A stretch of DNA of 64,000 nt from assembly GCA_025594325.1 (NCBI GenBank), contig JANHCV010000004.1:124001-188000 (forward strand), in the 5' to 3' direction. Shown piece by piece: positions 1-9,159 of this stretch. Numbering within the stretch: the stretch's first letter is position 1; each line of letters starts with the position of its first letter. This DNA is from Blastocladiella emersonii ATCC 22665 (taxonomy: Eukaryota > Fungi > Blastocladiomycota). A program made the translations under genes and the position numbers. The notes under the pieces are model-generated. The model had not been told where the DNA came from, ran no database searches, and saw nothing but the letters and a program-made list of their open reading frames with translations.

Positions 1-84
1 GTGCGCTTCCTCCGGCCAAAGTGACGCGTAAAGCGGACACTCATCGCTGGCGACCAATCACCGCGCGCGCACCCTCACCTGTAG

Positions 85-2829
85 GCGCTGAACGGCACGG
101 GAGTACCGCAGTATCCTCGCGTGTCTGTGGAGGATCTGAGCAGAAAGAGTACTTTTCTCAACGGCGCCGTGGTGCCGCCCGACGAGCGCCGGTATGCTGT
201 CGCGCCAGTCAACGAGCTCCTGATCGGCAAGTTCCAGTGCTCGATGCTCATCATCCACGTCTCGGTCGTGTTTCTTCTCGACGAGTCTGTCCTCGGCGTC
301 GCCGGTGTCGCGCAGGTCGTCGAGCTGGCCAAGAAGATTGGCGCCAAGATTGCCCCCGAGTGGTCGCCCGCGTGCACCCACGTCGTGTCTGCGCCAACGA
401 GCTCGGCGTCGCCGCTGTTCACCCTCGCCCGCGTCAAGGGCATGTCCGTGGTCTCGCTTGACTGGATCAACCAGCTTGCCGGCAGCGTTGCCGCGGTCTA
501 CCCGTACACGCACGCGACGCCGCAGGAAGAGATCCAGGTGTGGATGAAGCCGGCCGACATTCGCGCCGCGACCGCGCCACTTGCGCACAGCCGGATCCTT
601 GCCTCGCACACGATTGTCCTCACGCCCGATGCGGTCGCCGCCATTGGCGAGAGCCAGGTCCCCGTTTTCGGCCAGGTGCTGCGCCATTTCGGCGGATCCG
701 ACCCAGTGATGGCCACTTCGGCCACGGCTCCGACAGGCGTCCCGATCCACGTCGGCACCACCTCGACCTGCAGCGTCCCCTCGGCGACTCGCTACACCAC
801 CCTGTCCGCCTTTTTGGACGGGCTCCTCGCCAACCAGGTGACGTCTACCGTGGTCCGTGGCGGACTCGGCGCCACGCAGGGAACCGCTGCTGGGTCGGCA
901 CCTCGCCTCGCTCCGCGCCCGGCGGGCATCACCACCCCCGGCGCAACCCCGATCGCGTCATCCTCCGCATTCGGAAGCGTCCTCGACGACATCTTTCACA
1001 ACGCCATGTCGGGCTCCGCGCGGCCGGCAGCGACCCAGGCGCGGGGTTCCAGTTTGGCGCCCCGCCGCGCGACGCAGGCCCAGCCCAGCGCTGGCACAGG
1101 CACGGGCGCCCTTTTTGCTCTCGGCGACCTGTTCAGCCGCGCGTCGGCTTCGGCTTCGTCCTCGCTTCGCCCCGAAAACTCGCTTCGGCAGCAGGGCTCG
1201 CAGCCGCCACGACCTGGCACGCGCGAGACCTCGCGCGCGTCCACTGCTACGGGACAGACCGGTGCCGGTACCGCGCGGCCGGGCACGACGCGTACTCGCG
1301 CCGCACCCATCTCGAGCCTGTACGGCACCGAGGTGCGGCTCGAGCAACTCGGGATCCCGCAGCCGGCGGCACCCGCGGCTCCACCGGCGCCTGCTCCCGA
1401 ACCGACCAGCGCGGCGACCCCCGCACCGAGTACTTCCTCGTCGCAGATCCCCGCACCCAACGATGTTGAGTCGGCGGGCGCGACCGAGGGCGAACCCGCG
1501 GCGGCTACAGGTGCGGCGGGTTCGGCATCGCAGGCTCGCGCGACGATCCCGTCGCCCGAACCGGAACCCGACTCGGCGGCCGCGACCCCGGCTCCGTCCG
1601 CGCCCGCACCGAGCGAGGAGTCGCAGGCCATTGACCCCGACGTCGATCCCGAGACGCTCTCGGGCCTGCTGCGCGTGTCGTACGTCAAGCTCGTCGTCGA
1701 TCCCGCCACGTCGACCACCACGGCGTGCCGCCCGGGCTACGTCAACGCGTACCCGGCCTCGCAGGCAGCGGCGGCGGGCAGCGCGGGCGTGTCGTCGCAG
1801 GATGGCGGGAGCGCGACACTCGACTCGTCGCAGCGGTGGGCGGGCCGGCGCAACTTCAAGCGGTTCCGCAAGTCGCAGGCGCCGAACCCGCTGCTCAAGG
1901 TGATCCTGCCGCTCGGTCTCATCGCCAACGTCCCGATCAACGGCGGGGGCAGCGACAGCGACGAGGACGAGCTCGGCAGCGCGGCACGCCGGCGCCGACG
2001 CGAGCAAGCGGCTGCGGCCGCCGCTGCTGCCGCGGCACTCGGCGGCGAGGAGGTCGACGAGCTCGAGGACGACATGGGCGACGCGCTGGTGCGGCGCGGG
2101 TCGTCGGGCCGGTCGACCACGAAACTGGTCCCGTTCCAGCCCACGGACTCGTACTACCTCAAGCCGTCCGAGGCGGTGTCGAAGCGCAAGCGGTTCGCGC
2201 TGATTGACGGCGACACGGACCCGGAGTCCGACGACGACGACCAGCTGCACGGGTTCGGTCTCGGCGCACCGCGGTCCTCGACGCTCGGCAGCAACGGAAG
2301 CGCGGGCAACAGCCGCGGCAACTCGCAGTCGGACCTGCGCGCGGGCAACGCCGGCGGGCTCGGCGGGAGATCGGGACGGCTCGCTGGTCTGACTGGCGGT
2401 ACCCGCCCTATGCGCCGCCGCGGCCAGCAGCTGGGCAGCGATTCCGAGGACGACGGCCCTATCTCGCGCCCGTCGCGCAAGCTGGGTGCCGGCGGCAACC
2501 TGCTCATCGGACTCGGCGGCGGGCTCGGCGGCCGCGGTGGCCAGGGTACTCACCTCCCGCTTGCGCCGACCGGATCGCTCGCGGCGTACCTGATCCCGCA
2601 GCCGCCGACGTCCTTGTCCGCGGGCATGCCCGGGCTCTCGACGACCACGGGGTCGGCGACGACGGGCCCGCACCCGAGCAGCGGCGTCGCGGCGCGCAGC
2701 GGCGGGCCCAGCTCCGTCACGTCGTCGCACCTCCTGTCGTCGTCGGGCCCGCCCGCCGCGAGCTCGCCCGACCAGCCGCCGCCGCTCAAGCGACGCCGGC
2801 GCCGTATCGGGAGCGACGACGATGACTAG
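85..2829 (+). CDS. NBS1: Nibrin/Nbs1 (MRN complex subunit), 5'-partial; window starts inside an intron (1-84)
   Basis: End of an FHA domain (VEDLSRKSTFLNG), then a BRCT-like segment (WSPACTHVV...VVSLDWI), a long low-complexity region and the Mre11-binding motif RNFKRFRK. gtgcgc at 1 and tag at 82-84 bound an intron that is in frame with the ORF. Confidence 0.85.
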   Translation, partial: ALNGTGVPQYPRVSVEDLSRKSTFLNGAVVPPDERRYAVAPVNELLIGKFQCSMLIIHVSVVFLLDESVLGVAGVAQVVELAKKIGAKIAPEWSPACTHVVSAPTSSASPLFTLARVKGMSVVSLDWINQLAGSVAAVYPYTHATPQEEIQVWMKPADIRAATAPLAHSRILASHTIVLTPDAVAAIGESQVPVFGQVLRHFGGSDPVMATSATAPTGVPIHVGTTSTCSVPSATRYTTLSAFLDGLLANQVTSTVVRGGLGATQGTAAGSAPRLAPRPAGITTPGATPIASSSAFGSVLDDIFHNAMSGSARPAATQARGSSLAPRRATQAQPSAGTGTGALFALGDLFSRASASASSSLRPENSLRQQGSQPPRPGTRETSRASTATGQTGAGTARPGTTRTRAAPISSLYGTEVRLEQLGIPQPAAPAAPPAPAPEPTSAATPAPSTSSSQIPAPNDVESAGATEGEPAAATGAAGSASQARATIPSPEPEPDSAAATPAPSAPAPSEESQAIDPDVDPETLSGLLRVSYVKLVVDPATSTTTACRPGYVNAYPASQAAAAGSAGVSSQDGGSATLDSSQRWAGRRNFKRFRKSQAPNPLLKVILPLGLIANVPINGGGSDSDEDELGSAARRRRREQAAAAAAAAAALGGEEVDELEDDMGDALVRRGSSGRSTTKLVPFQPTDSYYLKPSEAVSKRKRFALIDGDTDPESDDDDQLHGFGLGAPRSSTLGSNGSAGNSRGNSQSDLRAGNAGGLGGRSGRLAGLTGGTRPMRRRGQQLGSDSEDDGPISRPSRKLGAGGNLLIGLGGGLGGRGGQGTHLPLAPTGSLAAYLIPQPPTSLSAGMPGLSTTTGSATTGPHPSSGVAARSGGPSSVTSSHLLSSSGPPAASSPDQPPPLKRRRRRIGSDDDD

Positions 2830-3071
2830 GCCTCCCTCCTGTCCTCCGCACTCCCTTCCTCGTCGCCAAGTTCCTCTGTCGACGTGCAGAACGCGATACA
2901 TGGTTTATTCTTACATCGGGCCGGGCTCCTCGTGAAAATCGGTGCAGGAGGCGTCGAGCGAGCGCCACAGTTTCAAACGCGCAGCGGCTTCAACTTGAGG
3001 GCGCTTCGTCGCTCCCCGCTCCCTCTCTCCCCGACAAACTAGTCAGTGAATGTAACTTGAACCACGCTAAA

Positions 3072-4183
3072 ATGACTGCCAGCATCTCGGACGACCCATC
3101 CGCCCCGGCGCGCGGCGTCTTCATCGCGGTCCCGCTCGCGACGCCCGCGGACCCGTCGTCCACGCACATCCCCTGCGCGTGCACGCACGGCTGGCGGCTC
3201 GCCGGCGCCCTTGTCGCGCCCGTCCCGTGCTCCGTGTTCCTGGTGCGCCACCCAACCGCTGTCGTCGACGCCACCGATACCGACACGGGCCGCCGCCGCG
3301 AGCAGTGGACGCTGATCGACGGCGGGTGTCCCGGGAGCGAGCAGACGCTGGTCCCCGCCATCGAGGCCGCGATTGGCGCCGACGGCGAGGTCGCGTACGT
3401 GGCCGTGACACACGCGCACCTCGACCACATTGCGACGGTCCCGGCGATCCTCGCGCGGTGGCCCGCGGCGAAAGTCGTCGCGCACCCGCGCGAGGTGCCG
3501 TACCTCACGGGCGCAGCGCGGTTCCGCGCGCTCAAGGGGGATACCGCACTGTACAACTGCGCGCGCTTCGTCATGCAGGAGTCCAAGGTGCGCGTGCCCG
3601 CCGTCCGGATTTTGGGGGTGGCGGCGCACGGCGAGTCGGGCACTGCGTCGGCGGCAACGGGCGAGGTCGAGATTGTCGAGGGCAGCGACGACTCGGCGCC
3701 CGCCGTGCAGCACGAGCCGTGGGAGGCCAAGTCGGGGCTCCGCATGATCGAGACGCCGGGGCACACGCCCGGGTCGGTCTCCTATCTGGTACGCTCTCCC
3801 CTCGCCCCACGCTACCCGCCCACTTGCTGACCGCCCTTGCATGAATCTAGCACGAGGCCACGCGCACGCTGTTCGTCGGCGACGCGCTCATGTACCTTCC
3901 GCCGACGGTCGGGACGTGCAAGCAGCCGGTGCTGACGGGTCCGCTGGCCATGTCGACGTACAGCATGGAGGGCGCGCGCGCATCGATTGCGGCGCTGCTC
4001 GCGGTCCCCGACTGGGACTACGCGTACCCCGCGCACAACGCCGACCCGGCGGGCCGCGGGCTCGCGCGTATCCAGATCGAGGCCAAGTACGGCGCCCTGG
4101 TCGAGGGCGTGTCCGACGACGAGGCTGATGGCGAGGAGCGGCCCGCGACGCTCGCCGAGGAGTTTGCCCAGAAGCATCGCTGA
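3072..4183 (+). CDS. Metallo-beta-lactamase-fold hydrolase; intron 3789-3850
   Basis: THAHLDH (HxHxDH), ETPGHTPGS, LFVGDAL and a C-terminal PAH motif. The phase-0 GT-AG intron joins ORFs 3057 and 3890. Confidence 0.85.
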
Positions 4184-4494
4184 GGCGACGGATGGGAGGG
4201 TGGATCTGTACTATACGAATGATAATAACCGAGATCAGTGGTTGTACACGCCTCGCCGAGATATGGGTTGAGTGGCCGCCCCGGCACAAGGTCAGCGGCT
4301 CCCCCGGGCCGCCAGGCTGCCCAAGAGGGGATCCCTAGGATGGCTGAGGGCAAAGCGCGTCTGAATGAGGTCCGGGGCGGGGTGGAAGGTCGGGGTGAAC
4401 TCCCGGCGAGCCACGCTCGCTCTCGTCGCGGGAGACGACTCTCGCAGCAAAAGGGGACCCCACCTCTACAAAACAAGGTCCCAGAAGCTAAAAA

Positions 4495-4565
4495 TGAACC
4501 GTCCGGGGCTCGAACCCGACCTGCCACCTTGGAAGGGTGGTGTGCTACCACTACACCAACGGTCC
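4495..4565 (-). tRNA. tRNA-Gly(TCC)
   Basis: Minus strand folds as a cloverleaf: acceptor GGACCGT/ACGGTTC, anticodon arm CCACC-CTTCCAA-GGTGG, T loop TTCGAGC. Followed by TTTTT, a Pol III terminator. Confidence 0.95.
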
Positions 4566-4913
4566 GATGTTTTCGTTTGGTTGACTTACAAAATGACCGT
4601 GATCTCCATTCTAACTCTGCGTAGTCAAAAGCCTCAAGATCCCCGGGAACCCACAAGACCCGTGCATCCTGTAAGCCCGAATCGCTTTCCAAGGGGCTGA
4701 TCGCCGCGGGATGCGACGGGCGACCCTGGCGGAGACGCGCCGTTCATGTTGATCGGGTCAGGTGACGGCGGTGCCACGCGTGTTCGGAGAAGCGGGAGTG
4801 ATGCAATCCGTGTTCCGGCGTGTTGATCATCGCGCTTCGGTCCCTTGCATCGCCGCGCCGCCGCCAACTCCCCCTCTCCCTCCACCGGCACTCGCTGCAA
4901 CGCATCAGCACCC

Positions 4914-6492
4914 ATGGCAACCAACCCCTATGCCATCGACAGCAGCGCGCTGAGCGGGCTGCCCGCGGGCGCGCTCAACCCGTACGCGGTCGGCGCGCCG
5001 CTCGGGTCGCCGCTGTCGGGCGACTACGGCTACGACGACGGCGACGTGGACGTGGAGGTGGTCAGCCCGAGCGGGTACGCGCGGTATGCGCTGTTCCGGT
5101 TCCTCGGGCTCGCCATCTGGTCGCACGCCAACGTGGCGTCGACGCTGCTCCGCGTCCAGTACCTGCCCAACGCCGCCACCCGCAGCCGCCTCGCCCACCT
5201 CGGCAGCAGCAGCAGCGGCGACGAGGGGTCCGATCTCGACGCGGTGCGTGTGTTTTGGACTGATCGGTGCGGGAGGCGCCACTCGACTGACTCCCTACCT
5301 CATTGTGCAGGATCACGAGGATGACGACAACGAGACCGACTTTGCTTCGGACGGGTTTGCCTCGGACGGTCCTGCGCGGGGCGGCGACGACCTCGACTTC
5401 CTCCTGTCGCAGCCGTCGACGGCCATGAGCTCGGTGCCGTCGACGTCGGCGCCGAGCCGCGTGGACGACGACGGGTACGTGGTGCACTCGTACGCGGACG
5501 ACGCGGCGACGCGGCCGCTGACGATGCTGCCGCCGCTGACGGGCGGTCTGTGGTCGACGGTGCGGGCGGTGCGGCGACACCCCGAGGAGGGCACGCTGGC
5601 CCTGTACAAGGCGCTGTTCACGGATTTCGCGCGGCACATGCTGGCCGAGACCATGGAGCCGACGCTGTGCTCGAGCGCGTGCGATTCGCTCGGGATCGAC
5701 GACACGCTGTTGCCTGTCGACCACGACAACCCGATCCCGATCTCGCTGGTCGCGCTGGTGACGTCGGTCGGCGTCGATTTCCTGCTGTCGCCGTTCGCGA
5801 TCGCGTGCACGCGGCTCGCGGTGCAGACGTCGCGGCCCGAGCGCAAGTACCGCGGGTTCCTGCACGCGCTGCGGGCGCAGTTCCTGGACGTGCGGTCCAA
5901 CCCGTACATGAACCTGACCCTGGTGCTGCCAACGCTGGCGGCGTCGGCGGTCGGCAACGGGTTCGCGCTGTTCACGCCGCTGCTCATCGACCGGGTCCTG
6001 GGCGTGTCGGAGACGTACAACCCGATCCGGTACGCCGTGTACGAGCTGGTGCTCAAGACGGTGCGCGACCTGGCGCTGCTCCCGCTGCAGACGGCGCAGG
6101 CACGGCTGTACGCGCAGCCGGCGGCGCACCCGCGCGACGGGCGTGACTGGGTGGCGATCGTGCCGCAGGCGCCCGTGCCGTACACGGGGATCCGCGACTG
6201 CCTGGTGCGCACGCAGCGCGAGGAGGGCGGGGCGCGCGCCGAACACCGGGCCGACGCGGCCGCGGCCAAGGCGGGGCCCGCGGCGGTCGCCAAGCTCGCG
6301 GGGCGGCGCGCGCGGCGCAACCGCAAGCTGCGGCGGCGCGGGTCGACGGGCGCGTCCGAGCTCGGGCTGTGGTGGCGGCTCGAGCCGCTGTACCAGGGGC
6401 TCGGCCTGCGCATGGCCAGCAACGTGGCCTACTTCCTCATGCGCGTCATGACCGAGTACATTGAAGTCACGCTCGACGACGACGAGTTCTGA
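4914..6492 (+). CDS. UGO1: Ugo1/SLC25A46-like mitochondrial outer-membrane carrier-fold fusion protein; intron 5244-5310
   Basis: TLLRVQY motif, acidic loop, EGTLALYK segment and degenerate carrier signatures (SPFAIACTRLAVQ, LPLQTAQARLYAQ). The phase-0 intron joins two ORFs. Confidence 0.65.
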
Positions 6493-6723
6493 GCCGACCG
6501 CGTGCGCTTGGCTGCCGTGTATTAGTCTGTAGTAGAATCACTTTTTGTTGCCTATTCTCCGAGTCTGTCTCCCCCGGCTGGATTCTCCGACGCGACGCGA
6601 AGGACCCACGTTGTGGCGCTGATCCGCGGGCGTGAGATTTTCCACGCGCCGTCCACGGCTCAAAAGCGGCGGCGCCCCCTTCGCCCCTGCCCTCGCTCCC
6701 GCAATGCAACCAGCTAGACTGCA

Positions 6724-9102
6724 ATGAAAAGCACCTACTACGCCAAGTGCGACCGCGCCGTGCCGCCGATCCGCGCCGGCGACGCCACCGACCTGCGCAA
6801 GTGGCGGCTGCGCGTCGACGACGGCCGCCAGTGGTGGGACTACGTCGACCACCCGGCCCCCGCCGACGTGCAGCGCGACGCCGACCGCTACTGGCTCGAC
6901 ATGCTGCCGGTGCGCTCAGCTACTTTCATGTATGAGGCCGACACCGAGTGCTGACCGCACACTCTACTCCAGGAAACCGAGCCCACGCTCCCGCCGCCCG
7001 CCACCGTCCAGGACGCGGTCCGCAACGGGTTCCGCTTCGTGAGCCGCCTGCAGACCGACGATGGCCACTGGGCCGGCGAGTACGGCGGACCCATGTTCCT
7101 GGTCCCGGGCCTCGTCATCGCGTGGTACGTGACGGGCCGCCGCGACGACTTTCTGTCCATGCCCATGCGCATCGAGATGGTGCGGTACCTGCGGTCGCGT
7201 GAGGTGCCCGCCACGGGCGGCTGGGGCATCCACATCGAGTCGCCGGCCACCGTCTTCGGCACCGCCCTCAACTACGTCGCCCTGCGCCTGCTGGGCGTCC
7301 CCGCCGACGACGCTTTGTGCACGCGCGCCCGCGACTTCCTCCACCGCGTCCCCGAGGGCACCCTCGGCATCCCGTCGTGGGGCAAGTTCTGGCTCGCCTC
7401 CCTCGGCCTCTACTCGTGGGACGGCATGAAGCCCGTCCCGCCCGAGCTGTGGCTGCTCCCCGACTGGGTCCCCGCCCACCCGTGGCGCATGTGGATCCAC
7501 ACCCGCATGGTCTACCTCCCCATGGGCTACCTCTACGGCCTGCGCCTCACCTGCCCGTCCGACGCCCTCATCGAGGATCTCCGCGCCGAGCTTTACCCGC
7601 AGGGCTACGACACCGTCGACTGGTCGCGCGCCCCCGGCTGCGTCGCCACCATTGACCGCTACATCCCCGAGTCCAAGCTCGGCGAGGCCATCTGGTGGCT
7701 GCTCGGCAAGTACGAGCGCGTCCACAGCGGCCGGCTCCGCAAGAAGGCGCTCGCCCTGACCCTGCAGCTCGTCGAGAACGAGGACGACAACACGGGCTCG
7801 CTCGACCTGGGCCCGGTCAACAAGGCCATGAACATGCTCGTCATCTTCCACGCCCACGGTGCCGACAGCGCGCGGTTCCGCGACCACGTCGCCATGGTCA
7901 AGGACTTCATGTGGCAGGCCGCCGACGGCATGCGCATGAACGGCACCAACGGGTCGCAGCTGTGGGACTCGGCCTTCTTCTGCCAGGCCGGCTACGAGGC
8001 CGGCCTGCACGCCGACCCCGAGTTCCGCCCCGTGTTCGCGCGCGCCCTCGGCTTCCTCGACGCGTGCCAGATCCGCCGCAACGCCCCCTTCCACTCGTAC
8101 CGCCACACCTCCAAGGGCGCCTGGCCCTTCTCCAACCGCCAGCAGAGCTACACGGTCAGCGACTGCACCGCCGAGGGCCTCAAGGCCGTCCTGCAGCTAC
8201 AGGCCACCCTGCCCGACGCCCCGCGCGTCACCGACGACCGCATCAAGGACGCCGTCGACGTGCTGCTCAGTATGCCCAACCGCGACGGCGGGTTCGCGTC
8301 GTACGAGCTGATTCGCGGGCCCGCGATCCTTGAGGCGCTCAACCCGGCCGAGGTGTTCGGCAACATCATGATCGAGTACTCGTACCCCGAGTGCACCACC
8401 GCGTCGGTGCTCGGCCTGCTCGCGTTCCAGGGGTACCGCCCGGACCTCGGCGCGTACCGCGCCGCCGAGGTGGCCCGCGTCAAGGCGCGCGCCCTCGAGT
8501 ACATCAAGCGCGTGCAGGAGCCCGCCGGCGGGTGGTACGGCGCGTGGGGCGTCTGCTACACGTACGCGACGTGGTTCGCCGTCGAGTCGCTCGCGGGCGC
8601 CGGCGGCGACACGTACGCGACCTTAAAGCACATCCGCCGCGCGTGCGACTTTATTGCGGGCAAGGTCAAGCCCGACGGCGGGTGGGGCGAGCACTACACG
8701 TCGTGCGAGCGCCACGTGTACGTGCAGCACGCCGAGTCGCAGGTCGTCAACACGGCGTGGGCCGTGCTCACCCTCATGCGCGCAGAGTACCCGGACCACA
8801 CCCTGATCCGCCGCGGCATCGAGCTCATCCTCTCGCGCCAGCGCGAGAACGGGTCGTGGCGCCAGGAGGCTATCGAGGGCGTCTTCAACAAGAACTGCAT
8901 GATCTCCTACCCCAACTACAAGCTCGCCTTCACCAGCTGGGCGCTTGCGCGGTACGCCCGCCTGTTCGGCAACCCCGCCGTCCGCCGCACCGCCGACGGC
9001 GCTGTCGAGGTCGTATTGGTCAAGCACGAGCGCGGCGTGGCCGAGGCCGCGGTGGACTCGGGCGTCGTGGCGGACGAGGGCCATGTCTCGCCCGCCGAGT
9101 AG
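6724..9102 (+). CDS. ERG7: Lanosterol synthase (oxidosqualene cyclase); intron 6910-6972
   Basis: DCTAE catalytic motif and QW-type repeats (QTDDGHW, QEPAGGW, QRENGSW). Product-determining residues are lanosterol-type: T in GTNGSQ, and Q and V in QSYTVSDCTAE. Confidence 0.97.
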
Positions 9103-9159
9103 TCTCATCGAGGGTAGTTTTGGATCACATCGTTGCACTATATAACGGGTTCTATGTGT

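Noticed and set aside
958-2901. Long antisense and alternative-frame ORFs (for example 958-2901, 32041-33891, 60018-62066)
   Set aside because: These are shadow ORFs of real genes caused by high GC3 and scarce stop codons. Their compositions are Arg/Gly/Ala-rich with no motifs.
4330-4700. RNase P, RNase MRP or SRP RNA assignment
   Set aside because: Motif-like pieces (ggaaggtcgg, gatggctgagg, aagatccccgg, ggggctga) are in the wrong order, on mixed strands or too close together. The only P4-like complement lies inside the antisense tRNA.
6724-9102. Cycloartenol synthase or bacterial squalene-hopene cyclase
   Set aside because: It has DCTAE rather than DXDD, and the diagnostic residues are Thr/Gln/Val, the lanosterol-type set.
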